From Chamaesiphon sp. (GTDB taxonomy: Bacteria; Cyanobacteriota; Cyanobacteriia; Cyanobacteriales; Chamaesiphonaceae): 64,000 nucleotides of DNA. The stretch is from assembly GCA_965246715.1 (NCBI GenBank), contig CBDFFH010000015.1, positions 224,001-288,000 on the forward strand. Reading direction: 5' to 3'. Under the pieces are notes generated by a model. It did not search any database. It was not told the origin of the DNA and was given only the letters and a program-made list of their open reading frames with translations. Each line of letters begins with the position of its first letter. Position 1 is the first letter of the stretch. Below are positions 9,661-19,247 of this stretch, piece after piece. A program made the translations under genes and the position numbers.

Positions 9661-10227
9661 TTACTTCACGTCTAACTTAGCTGCAACTTTTGCTAGCGCA
9701 GCGGCATTAGCCTTGAGTAACGTGTTGTTTTTCTCAACAAACGTCCCCTTGAGTACTGGTGGTGTAGGTGCAATACCTAGTTTCTTGAGAATACTAACCA
9801 CGATCGCTTTATTTACTAAGAGCAGCTGATGATTTTTTTCTGCAGGATCGGCTGAATTGACTGCAGACATTGGTGGAGCAGAAGCGCCAACTTTTTCCGC
9901 GATATCTCTAAAAGTTTTCTGATTTTGCAGAATGATCGCCTGATTTTGTTCGAGTGGTGTACCACTGGTGGGTAACTCTCCAGTCGAAGTAATTCCCAAT
10001 TTGGCCGCAATTTTTCTTGCAAGCGCTCGGTTATTGACCAGCAACATCTTGTTTGCTGCGATTAAAGCACTTTGATCTGGCTCGGCAGCAATCGAAGTCC
10101 GGTATTGGCTAGAGGACATTTGAGGTGCTTTCAGCAAAGAAGCATGAGCAGATAAGCTCGTGTACGCCATCCCTAATACAAAACTAGCACTTACTTTTAC
10201 AAAAATATTCATCGAAATCACACTCAC
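9661..10227 (-). CDS. secreted protein with four ~35-aa helical repeats
   Basis: Signal peptide ending AHA; four units of N..L..N......IA.KLG separated by Pro-rich linkers. Confidence 0.7.
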   Translation of the reverse strand: MSVISMNIFVKVSASFVLGMAYTSLSAHASLLKAPQMSSSQYRTSIAAEPDQSALIAANKMLLVNNRALARKIAAKLGITSTGELPTSGTPLEQNQAIILQNQKTFRDIAEKVGASAPPMSAVNSADPAEKNHQLLLVNKAIVVSILKKLGIAPTPPVLKGTFVEKNNTLLKANAAALAKVAAKLDVK

Positions 10228-10562
10228 TAAATAAGTTGTCTGAACTAAAAGTCGCTGGAACGAGCTGTATGATTGAGCTACGGTTTAATCCAACGTTCAG
10301 AGAATAACAAAGAGATTATGTTGATTCCGTAACACTAGGCACATCTCAATCGACGATATGCTGTAAATGCATTGTTTCAATTCAATTTCAGTATTTGTCC
10401 GGAACTATCTTAAAAAGACAGGCAGTATAGTCGTGATACTGCCTGTACTAATTTGGTGCTACAAATAGCTTAGATGACGCAATAATCGCCACACTATCTT
10501 CGATCGTCGCTATTTATTTACCTTCCATTCAGGGAACAATAAATCTACTAAGCTGGATAATT

Positions 10563-12296
10563 ATGTTTTTAGTAGGGATTATTGTCTGTTTTGGATGGCT
10601 ATTTTCTCTATGTCTACATGAATTTAGCCATGCAATCTGTGCCTACTGGGGTGGAGATACCTCCGTCAAGCAAAAAGGATATCTAACATTCAATCCGCTA
10701 AAATACACCGATCCTGGACATAGTCTCATTCTACCAGTCTTATTTTTGTTGATGGGTGGGATTGGATTGCCTGGAGGTGCTGTATATATCAACCAGCATA
10801 AGTTACGAAATCGATGGTGGCAGAGCGCTGTTTCTGCCGCAGGGCCAATAGCTAATATTTCGATCGCGCTAGCATTAGCCATCCCCTTTTGGGTCGTCCC
10901 CACACAGAATTTAGAATCGATCGATGGCGAATCATTCTTAGCTAGTGGCATAGCTTTTCTAATTTATTTACAAGTTTTTGCGGCAATATTCAATTTATTA
11001 CCGATTCCTGGTTTAGATGGTTATGGTATCTTTGAGCCTTGGTTGTCTAAGCGTATTCAAGCTAAATTTAATTATTTTAGGAAATATAGCACTTTAATTA
11101 TTATTGGTTTATTCTGGTATGCACCTGGGTTTAGTGATTTTGTCTTTACAATTGTCGTAATTATCACTAACTTACTACACGTTCCCCGCGATTTAGTCAT
11201 TGTCGGTTCCGAGCTATTTCGCCAGCCAATCAATAAAGCGATCGTTATCGCAGTTTTATTAATTATTGGTTGGGGATTGAATTCTTCCAAGAATACTTGG
11301 AATCTAATTCAAACAGGTAATAGCTTAATTAAAAAAGGAGATTACCATTCGGCGATCGATTGGTTGGATCGAGCGATCGATCGCGAACCGAGTACAGAAG
11401 AAGCTTGGACACAGAAAGCCTACTGTTTATGGTGCCTCGGTTTCAAAGACCGGGCTATTGCTTGCTATCAAAAAGCATTGATGATTAATGAGCATAATGA
11501 ATACGCGCAAAAAAGTCTCGGTCATCTTTTGTTCGAGATCTCAGAATATCGATCGGCTATTCCATACCTTGAAAAAATGCTCGAATTAGAGCCAGATCGG
11601 ATCGAAAACTATTATTATCTGGGAACGTCTTGGCAGAACTTACAGGAATATATACTAGCAGATGAAATTTTTGGTAGAGCGATCGAGATCGAACCATCGT
11701 CTGGACAAGAGAATGATTGGTGGTATAAAGCAATTTGTTTGGAACAGCTCAATTTACATGAGAGAGCCATTACTTGCTATCAACAAGTTTTAAAAATAAA
11801 TGAAAACAATAATGACGTTCGAATGCAAATCGGCATTATTTATTTTAATTTAAGTCAATATGAATCGGCGATTGACAATTTAGAAGAAGCGATCGAGCTA
11901 AACGATAGCGATCTTAATGCTTATTATTATCTAGGATTGTCATATCGTCGGTTAGAAAATCTCGGCTCATCAAGTGCAGCTTTCGATCGAGCATTATCTT
12001 TAAAACCTGAATCATCAACTGTCTTACATGCTTATGGTGAGTTACTGCATCATTTTCAAGATTACAAAGCGGCGATCTTAAAATATCAAACATTAGTAGA
12101 TCTTGCCCCCAATGATGCAACTGCTTGGTACGATCTAGCTTGTTGCCAATCGTTGAATGGCAATATCGATCTAGCAATTTCTGCTCTGCAAAAAGCAATA
12201 GAAATCGACCCCGATGACTTAAAGAAATCTGCTCTAACCGATCCAGATTTTAGCTTGATTCGACAAGATGTAGCCTTTGAAAATCTAACTGCTTAG
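10563..12296 (+). CDS. site-2 protease (M50) fused to TPR repeats
   Basis: HEFSH, AGP, NLLPIPGLDG; about 9 C-terminal TPRs. Confidence 0.9.
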   Translation: MFLVGIIVCFGWLFSLCLHEFSHAICAYWGGDTSVKQKGYLTFNPLKYTDPGHSLILPVLFLLMGGIGLPGGAVYINQHKLRNRWWQSAVSAAGPIANISIALALAIPFWVVPTQNLESIDGESFLASGIAFLIYLQVFAAIFNLLPIPGLDGYGIFEPWLSKRIQAKFNYFRKYSTLIIIGLFWYAPGFSDFVFTIVVIITNLLHVPRDLVIVGSELFRQPINKAIVIAVLLIIGWGLNSSKNTWNLIQTGNSLIKKGDYHSAIDWLDRAIDREPSTEEAWTQKAYCLWCLGFKDRAIACYQKALMINEHNEYAQKSLGHLLFEISEYRSAIPYLEKMLELEPDRIENYYYLGTSWQNLQEYILADEIFGRAIEIEPSSGQENDWWYKAICLEQLNLHERAITCYQQVLKINENNNDVRMQIGIIYFNLSQYESAIDNLEEAIELNDSDLNAYYYLGLSYRRLENLGSSSAAFDRALSLKPESSTVLHAYGELLHHFQDYKAAILKYQTLVDLAPNDATAWYDLACCQSLNGNIDLAISALQKAIEIDPDDLKKSALTDPDFSLIRQDVAFENLTA

Positions 12297-12447
12297 CCAA
12301 AATATTCAATTACGATCGAATTCCTACTTCTCTACGCTTGAAGATCGACCTTTTAAGAAAATGGGGACAGACTAACAGCAATAAATAGTTCTAGCTGACG
12401 TGAATTTCTCCTATGGGAATGGCTACGCCAACGGGTTAAGGATATTT

Positions 12448-12478
12448 GCTGCATTCGAGTGCCGCACTCGAATACAGC
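12448..12478. terminator. hairpin downstream of the rhodopsin gene
   Basis: GCTGCATTCGAGTGC-C-GCACTCGAATACAGC. Confidence 0.6.
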
Positions 12479-12482
12479 GGCT

Positions 12483-13232
12483 CTAAAACTCTCTATTGGC
12501 AGTAGTACCGATGCCTGCGACCGCAGTTTCTGGAAAATCGATGGGAACCGTTTCTAGTGCGGGAATTTGTTCGAGCTTGGTCAATGTATTGACCGAAAAT
12601 AGACCGAAGCCAACTTTAGAAACGATATCCAGGATCGTATAAAACATACTCTCAAAGCCACTACTCAACACCCCAAACCCCGTACCTGCCAAAATCCACA
12701 CTACTGGGTAAACCGTCCACACGGAAATGTGCAACGCAAGCAAGCGATTGAAGGCACTTTTACCGACCTTACCTGGGTGGTTTTGCATGGCCTCATTTCG
12801 GTATCTACCTACCAATAAAACTGTTACGCCGATATAAAAACCACAGCTTACTAAGTACCAGACATAGTTAATCGTTGGGGGTGAAATAGTTGCTAAGAAA
12901 CCAGTGGCAATCATCGCAGCATTGGCACCGATTAGCGAGCCTGCTGTTGACACTTGAATCCGTCCTAAGTGCGATAGCACCAATAGTAATAATGGGGTAG
13001 AGAGAAACCAAGTGATATACCGCACCCAGAAAGTCTCGTTCCCATAAAAAATGCCCTTACCTTGGCCCATTAACATCGCGAGATATAATACCGACGCGAT
13101 CGTGGTGATAAAAAAGTTTAAAGTATATAAAATCCGCCAGCGTTCGTTTGGCGCACGGTGAGCACCACTTCCAAACACGATCGCTCCTGCGGCCATACTT
13201 ATCAATCCGATCCACAGCCAAGTTTGAGTCAC
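12483..13232 (-). CDS. microbial rhodopsin, cyanobacterial halorhodopsin (CyHR) type, TSV motif
   Basis: 7 TM; helix C RYITWFLSTPLLLLV; helix G LDIVSKVGFG with the retinal Lys; N-terminus MTQTWLWIG..NERWRILYTLNFFI resembles Mastigocladopsis MrHR. Confidence 0.9.
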   Translation of the reverse strand: MTQTWLWIGLISMAAGAIVFGSGAHRAPNERWRILYTLNFFITTIASVLYLAMLMGQGKGIFYGNETFWVRYITWFLSTPLLLLVLSHLGRIQVSTAGSLIGANAAMIATGFLATISPPTINYVWYLVSCGFYIGVTVLLVGRYRNEAMQNHPGKVGKSAFNRLLALHISVWTVYPVVWILAGTGFGVLSSGFESMFYTILDIVSKVGFGLFSVNTLTKLEQIPALETVPIDFPETAVAGIGTTANREF

Positions 13233-13450
13233 GATCTCTTATCCTATTTAATATTGTCTGCGCTTATATATCCAAAAGTAGTCAAATCGAGCGCCAAATA
13301 CATCTATCTACCGACCGATTTAGCCAATCGCATGTCAAGACTGCACCATCGATCGATTGTCCAAGGAGAAACTAGCCGATCGAATTTTTTTAAACACCGT
13401 CAACCCTAGAAGTGTGTCAAGATCGAGGGATGAATGTCGATCGAGCCTAA

Positions 13451-13822
13451 ATGGAAGGTCTATTTAAATTACTGACGAATTATTTGGCGATCGCGATTGA
13501 AGCCAGTGCTAGTGTATTTATTGCCTTAGCCGCGATCGAAGCCGTCTGGCGGGCATTTGTGATGTATTTCAAGCAACGGCGCGCGCCGGAAGAACTGACG
13601 GAAGCGATCCGGTTGCGATTTGGCCGGTGGTTGTCACTGGCGCTGGAGTTTGAGTTGGGAGCGGATATTCTGCGGACGGCGATTTCGCCAGGCTGGACGG
13701 AAATCGGTCAATTAGCGGCGATTGTGGTATTGCGGACAGTGTTGAACTTCTTTTTGCAATTGGAAATCGATAAAGCGGCCGAACGCGATGCACTGATTGC
13801 AAAAAGACGCGATCGAGAGTGA
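13451..13822 (+). CDS. DUF1622 family membrane protein
   Basis: RLRFGRWLSLALEFELGADILRTAISPGWTEIGQLAAIVVLRTVLNFFL. Confidence 0.9.
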   Translation: MEGLFKLLTNYLAIAIEASASVFIALAAIEAVWRAFVMYFKQRRAPEELTEAIRLRFGRWLSLALEFELGADILRTAISPGWTEIGQLAAIVVLRTVLNFFLQLEIDKAAERDALIAKRRDRE

Positions 13823-13875
13823 CAAAGTGCTGAATTGGGGTGTGATTCGCCCTCTCCCGGCCTTTGCCAGCTAAA

Positions 13876-13928
13876 AACTTACCGTAGTTAGAATGCAGCG
13901 GTTGCATCCAAAAAAACTACGGTAAGTT
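13876..13928. terminator. inverted repeat between convergent genes
   Basis: AACTTACCGTAGTT...AACTACGGTAAGTT with inner ATGCAGCGGTTGCAT. Confidence 0.55.
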
Positions 13929-13973
13929 AGTGGTGGTTTCGATCGACATTATGCAGCTAATAACAATTTAAGT

Positions 13974-14663
13974 CTAACCTTCAGTTGTCGAGGGCATGCC
14001 TTGGTACGGACGGTGGTTACGCGCGCCAGCACTAGCCCCGAGCGTTGCCGCAGCCAATCCGAGTAGCGAACCCAGTGTAAATCCCCATCCGGCTTTCGCG
14101 CCGCTGTCAGATATTTGTCTAGTCTGTTGAGCGGTAGGAGGATTGACCTTCGGAGTAGTTGCTGTGCCGGTACCAGTTTGGTTGGTGGTCACGCCAGGAA
14201 CTTGTACGCCACCTTGTTGAACCTGGCTAGCAATGTTACCAGCATTGGATGCCGCGATCCCGAATGTACCGGATACACCACTAGCTAGCAACCAAGCACC
14301 GAGCGCAAGCGCGGTTGCCCACAAAATAGCACCGTTCAGGGTTGCGGTACTGCGGTTGATATAGTGACAAGCGCGGGAAGTTACCCAACCGCCAATAAAT
14401 AGCGAGATAAACAGGCTAACGATCGACCAAATGCCGACACCAGTAGCCACATCTCCAGCATCCGATCTCGGCGAACCTGAATTAGCGATCGAGGTAAATC
14501 CAATCGCGCTACCCAGCGCACTCAATAATAGTTCCGTGCTGATCGTTACTACCAGTCCAGCGAGGATCGCGCCCCAGTGGATCCGATCTCCAAAATCTGT
14601 ATTGTTAGTAATGTAGCGACGTTCTGTGGTGGTTGTCTCTACCGGACGGTTTGCGTAACCCAT
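13974..14663 (-). CDS. Gly/Ala-rich multi-pass membrane protein of a general-stress type
   Basis: DRIHWGAILAGLVV, GIWSIVSLFISLFIGGW, NGAILWA. Confidence 0.75.
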   Translation of the reverse strand: MGYANRPVETTTTERRYITNNTDFGDRIHWGAILAGLVVTISTELLLSALGSAIGFTSIANSGSPRSDAGDVATGVGIWSIVSLFISLFIGGWVTSRACHYINRSTATLNGAILWATALALGAWLLASGVSGTFGIAASNAGNIASQVQQGGVQVPGVTTNQTGTGTATTPKVNPPTAQQTRQISDSGAKAGWGFTLGSLLGLAAATLGASAGARNHRPYQGMPSTTEG

Positions 14664-14697
14664 AATTTTTCCTCCTAGGATATCAGAATTGGTGGAG

Positions 14698-14725
14698 CGG
14701 ACTTACGCCACTAGGCGTAAGTCCG
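14698..14725. terminator. intercistronic hairpin
   Basis: CGGACTTACGCC-ACTA-GGCGTAAGTCCG. Confidence 0.55.
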
Positions 14726-14733
14726 AGCTAAGT

Positions 14734-15768
14734 TTATTTAGATTCAGCTAACATCTTTTCCTGGGCTTGGCTTTTAGCCGTTTTAAACTGGGTGGCCATT
14801 TGCTTTTGTTGGTCGTCGCCAAAGTTGTCTTTGATACAACGCAGCGCTTCATTTTCTTCCTGCCGGACGTGCTCCATTACAGCGTTCATCAACTGGTCTA
14901 CCGCAGCTTTGAAAGAGACGGTATCTTGAGGATTCATCGCTTTGATTCGATCGAGTACTTGCTTCATTTCTGCTTGCTCGTCATACAACTCTTGGGTATC
15001 GCTGTAATAAGGACGCAATGCAGGGTAGAGAATTTCCTCTTCAGCTTCAGAGTGTGCGGACAAGTCTTTATAGATTTGGGCGAAGTACTCTTCAATCTTC
15101 GCGGGATCGTCAGTGGCTTTGATTTGGGTGAAGAGGGTGTTTACTTTTGTATGATCTAACCGGATCAGGTCAGAGATCTTCATCTCGTCATCGGTACGGC
15201 TGACAACGCTACCCGCAATCCCACTTAAAGCCGCAATCCCATCTTGAACGCGCGCCCACAGTCCTTGATCTGCTGCTTTCCCGGTGAGTTCCATCGTGCC
15301 CAGAGACTCCAACATGCCTTTGAGTTGCTCTTGGTGAGCGCGGTTTTCAAAGTTAACGGCATTGAGCGGGCCAATGGCTACTTCTACGTCCGCACCGACG
15401 ACTTGAGCAGCTTTGTGAACGATGATCCCGGACATGGTTTGACCGTGCTTGAGCAGTTCGTGTTGAGCGACTTTTTCATATAAAGTTAGCTCGGAACCTT
15501 GCATCAGCTTTCCAACTTCTTCGATCGCTTTTTGCGTAGTATCTTTGGGTTCAGCTTTGACTCCATACTGGACGATGACAGTATCGAGGATGCCTAAGTT
15601 CTTGCGATCGTCGCGCAAGAAATCTTCTAATCGATTGCTAATCTCCCGATCGGGACATTCTTTAATTAACGCTTCCTCATTCGCAATGAGCAGATTTTGG
15701 AAGGCTTTCATATCCGCTAGCTTAGTAGCGATCGCATTACGTTTACTATCTTCTAGTTCTACAGACAT
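14734..15768 (-). CDS. ferritin-like N-terminal domain plus hemerythrin (HHE) domain protein
   Basis: HELLKH, FENRAHQE; hemerythrin DH..., HSEAEEEILYP, EHVRQEE. Confidence 0.85.
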   Translation of the reverse strand: MSVELEDSKRNAIATKLADMKAFQNLLIANEEALIKECPDREISNRLEDFLRDDRKNLGILDTVIVQYGVKAEPKDTTQKAIEEVGKLMQGSELTLYEKVAQHELLKHGQTMSGIIVHKAAQVVGADVEVAIGPLNAVNFENRAHQEQLKGMLESLGTMELTGKAADQGLWARVQDGIAALSGIAGSVVSRTDDEMKISDLIRLDHTKVNTLFTQIKATDDPAKIEEYFAQIYKDLSAHSEAEEEILYPALRPYYSDTQELYDEQAEMKQVLDRIKAMNPQDTVSFKAAVDQLMNAVMEHVRQEENEALRCIKDNFGDDQQKQMATQFKTAKSQAQEKMLAESK

Positions 15769-15989
15769 ATTAGTATTGCTCTCGTGTAAATTTACAGGAT
15801 CTCCAAACTTGGAATAGCGAGAACTTTTGGTCTCTTTACTCTAGACTTACAGACAGATGTTTTAATTCCTGTATAAATTGCTTGACTAGATCGACTAGAC
15901 AATAAAATTTAATTTTTTATTTTTATTTATTTAAAATAATTATCTCGCTTACTAACTATCGCTCATGAATATTTGACTAGTTCTCAAAC

Positions 15990-17240
15990 ATGTTATACAA
16001 ATCAACCATAGTTCAAGCAGAGATCGAACTTGTTTTCCAACATGTCTATGTAAAACTAAATATGATGAATAAATACAGATTATCAAAGCTAATGATGCTA
16101 GGACAACAATCTACACAGCAGATCGAGAGTGACATCACTCTGCTGACAATCGAGACCGAACCAGCGGTATATACTACTGCCGAACAACAATTCGAGCGAA
16201 TGTTGGTTCTAGAAAACTTAGACGAACGCATTCAGCTAGAACCTGCACTAACTCAAGAGTTTGAAGCCGCGATCGATCGGGCGATCGGCATCGCATACCA
16301 GCAATCAGCTTCACAAGCTGCGACACCAGCACATCGATTTTTGCAACGAATCCTCTACCGCCTGAATCGACTCAACTTATTTTGGTATGACGATTTTGCT
16401 AAATATCACAACGAACGCTCTGTCTATCTCAATTCCGTACTCGATCGGATCGAATCTACCTGGCAAAGCTGGGAAGCAACCCAGTTAGATAATACACAAA
16501 TTGCCAAATTGGATCTCATCGGTGTCAAGCAAGCATTACAGCAGCGCGCGGAGCGAGACTTAGACCCACACTTATCTTCCGCCAAGCGATATCTGCGTGA
16601 AGAGATGACTTTAGCAGGATATCGAATGCTCCTGGCGATCGCCTCTTTGGATGGATTGGTCGAAGGTAGTCGGCTGTCGCGGATTTTGGGCGGTGCTTGT
16701 AACGAAATTCAAGCGACATTGATTCGAGTCTTGCTCGAGGAGTATGGCAGCGGGAAGTTATCGCGCAAGCATTCGACCTTCTTTGCTCAGATGATGGCGG
16801 AACTGGGTTTGAATACTCAGCCGGAAGGTTATTTCGAGATCGTGCCGTGGCAGGTTTTGGCAAGTATCAATCACAACTTCCTGCTGACCGAACGCAAACG
16901 GCACTTTTTACGCTACAACGGCGGGTTGACCTATTTTGAGATTGCAGGGCCGTCGATTTATACCGATTATCTAATGGCCGCGCAGCGGTTGCAGCTTTCG
17001 GATGCAGCGATGGGTTATTGGGAATTGCACATTCGGGAAGACGAACGGCACGGTCGCTGGATGCTGACGGATGTAGCGCTGCCTTTGGCGGAGAAGTATC
17101 CCGACCTCGCTTGGGAAATAGTTTGGGGTTACGACCAAGAGAAATTTATGGGCGATCGCGCGGCAAATGTAGTGATGGAGATGATTCGACAATCTATTAG
17201 CGTGTGTTTGGATCGGGCAGATCTCGCCACTACAATCTAA
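15990..17240 (+). CDS. heme-oxygenase-like diiron oxidase (iron-containing redox enzyme, HDO); true start probably 25-35 codons downstream
   Basis: LLEEYGSG..RKHSTFF, YFE, YWELHIREDERHG ligand set. Confidence 0.85.
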   Translation: MLYKSTIVQAEIELVFQHVYVKLNMMNKYRLSKLMMLGQQSTQQIESDITLLTIETEPAVYTTAEQQFERMLVLENLDERIQLEPALTQEFEAAIDRAIGIAYQQSASQAATPAHRFLQRILYRLNRLNLFWYDDFAKYHNERSVYLNSVLDRIESTWQSWEATQLDNTQIAKLDLIGVKQALQQRAERDLDPHLSSAKRYLREEMTLAGYRMLLAIASLDGLVEGSRLSRILGGACNEIQATLIRVLLEEYGSGKLSRKHSTFFAQMMAELGLNTQPEGYFEIVPWQVLASINHNFLLTERKRHFLRYNGGLTYFEIAGPSIYTDYLMAAQRLQLSDAAMGYWELHIREDERHGRWMLTDVALPLAEKYPDLAWEIVWGYDQEKFMGDRAANVVMEMIRQSISVCLDRADLATTI

Positions 17241-17497
17241 CTAACGATAGAGGCGAAACTATTTATGGTCGGGTTAGTATGCCGATAGTAATCGCTCGTT
17301 TCATCCATTTGCCATACTAAATTTATGCTTGTTAATCTAACTAGATCTGGTCGATAAAGTATTCTTAGATTCCACCTATCGCAACATTTGTTTGGTGCAA
17401 TAACTAACTTTATCGACGCTAGTCCAGCTAACTAGCAACTAATGGCAAATCAGCGATTGCTATATCCATCAACTTAGATATTAGGAACGCTACAATC

Positions 17498-18238
17498 ATG
17501 ATTGTCAATCTAACTAAAGATGGCTGGGAGACCATCTACCATCGCGCACATGCCTTACTTGCAGCTCAACTCGGCGGTCAATGGCGACGTGCTGATGCCC
17601 CAGAGCGCTTTTATGAGACATTGGCCGCGATCGCACATCACGACGATCTCGAACGTGAGTGGCAGGGAAATCAATTAACAAAAACTGGCGCTCCCCTGGA
17701 CTTTACCCTGGGTGATGTCGAGCCGGAAGTATCGTTAGCGAAAACTAAAAAACATTTAGAGGAAGCTCGCTATCGCGGTCGGTGGGTGACAATGCTCACT
17801 TCAATGCATATTTGTTATCTCAGTCAAGCTAACAGAGATATTTCCAAAGATTGGAGCGATTTTCTTGACGAACAAATCAAATGTCAAGCGCAATGGCGTA
17901 AGGAATTGGGGATCACCAAAGATGAAGCCGAACGTGCTTATCAATTTATGCAGTGGTGCGATCGCTTGTCACTAATATTGACGCAACGCCAAGTGCCAGA
18001 AGACGGTCGCTCGCTCGAAATAACACATGGGATCGACGCTCGACGTTACGATCTGCGCTGTTTGCAAAATGGCAATTTAACGGTAGAACCGTGGCCGTTT
18101 CAAGACGATAAATTTACAGTGAATGTCGAATCGGCTCATTTAACCCAACTCAAATACGACAGCGATGAAGAGCTGGTTACTGCCCTCAAGCAAGCCCCGA
18201 TCTCCAGTTTGGAATGGACATTTGCCAAGCATAAATAA
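17498..18238 (+). CDS. DUF3891 family protein (HD-like motif)
   Basis: HRAHALLAAQL, AIAHHDD, GAPLDF, QWCDRLSLIL, VEPWPF. Confidence 0.85.
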   Translation: MIVNLTKDGWETIYHRAHALLAAQLGGQWRRADAPERFYETLAAIAHHDDLEREWQGNQLTKTGAPLDFTLGDVEPEVSLAKTKKHLEEARYRGRWVTMLTSMHICYLSQANRDISKDWSDFLDEQIKCQAQWRKELGITKDEAERAYQFMQWCDRLSLILTQRQVPEDGRSLEITHGIDARRYDLRCLQNGNLTVEPWPFQDDKFTVNVESAHLTQLKYDSDEELVTALKQAPISSLEWTFAKHK

Positions 18239-18249
18239 CTAATATTGAT

Positions 18250-19026
18250 ATGTACCAGTCATCGATCGATTTTCAACAACAATTAGTCCAACCCAATCGG
18301 TTGTCAGCTACGACGGCAATCCAGGCGCTAGAAGTGCCGCGAGAAATCTTCTACTGTCCTGAAGAGTCACAATTTTATGCTCAATGCCTGCTGAAAATGG
18401 TATTCTATCGCTGTGAGGATTTTACGACCATTGTCGAGTTCGGGATGGGAGAGGGCACTCCGACGATTGATTGTTTGCTCAAGCGTGAATTTAATGGAAC
18501 GATTCACGGCTACGAACTCAATACCACGGCTTGTCAGGTAGCACAGGCGCGGATCGCACATTATTGTTTGGGCGATCGTTATATCATTCACAATATTAGC
18601 TTTGATAAGTGCGCTTCCGCCGATTATCTAATTGCCAATCCTCCCTATCTCCCTGCATTAGATAACGATCTCTACTTGCCTGCGTTACATGGCGGACATG
18701 ATGGTGCAGAGATTACCAAACAGCTATTAACTCTAGATTTTCCCCAGGCAATGTTGATGATTTCGGCATATTCCGATCCGGTCGGGACGATCGAATTGGC
18801 CTTGTCCGAGGGCTATCGAGTTACAGATTTTATGATTTCACCGATGAGTTTTGGGTATTATAGTTCTGAACCCAAAGTCAAGCATCGCATCGCCGAACTT
18901 CGTCAGCACGATCGAGCATTTTATTCACCAAATATCTACCTTCTAGCTGGAGTTCTATTTACAAAGCAGGACGATTTACAGCCGGATTTGTCAGCAGAGT
19001 TAATTAAAATTATGTCAGCATTGTAA
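18250..19026 (+). CDS. class I SAM-dependent methyltransferase with NPPY motif (HemK-like)
   Basis: IVEFGMGEG motif I, GYELN, IANPPYLPA, LHGGHDG. Confidence 0.85.
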   Translation: MYQSSIDFQQQLVQPNRLSATTAIQALEVPREIFYCPEESQFYAQCLLKMVFYRCEDFTTIVEFGMGEGTPTIDCLLKREFNGTIHGYELNTTACQVAQARIAHYCLGDRYIIHNISFDKCASADYLIANPPYLPALDNDLYLPALHGGHDGAEITKQLLTLDFPQAMLMISAYSDPVGTIELALSEGYRVTDFMISPMSFGYYSSEPKVKHRIAELRQHDRAFYSPNIYLLAGVLFTKQDDLQPDLSAELIKIMSAL

Positions 19027-19247
19027 GTTACGCGACCGCTTCGGACTGACCTAGTGATTTTAGAATTGTGAAATAGCTAGCTAAAATTGGATCTATTTCA
19101 CTCTCGATTTAAATTGCTTAGCACATTTTAGCTATTTATACCGATCCGATCGTTGGTTATTTATACCTTAATATAGATGATTTTGTTAAGCGGAGTGAAT
19201 TACAATTAAGTTAATAACGAGCGGTAAAATTCTAAATTGCAGCACTC

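Noticed and set aside
12483..13232. Anabaena sensory rhodopsin/xenorhodopsin or proton pump assignment
   Set aside because: Thr at the D85 position and Asp (not Pro) at the D212 position; no transducer gene adjacent
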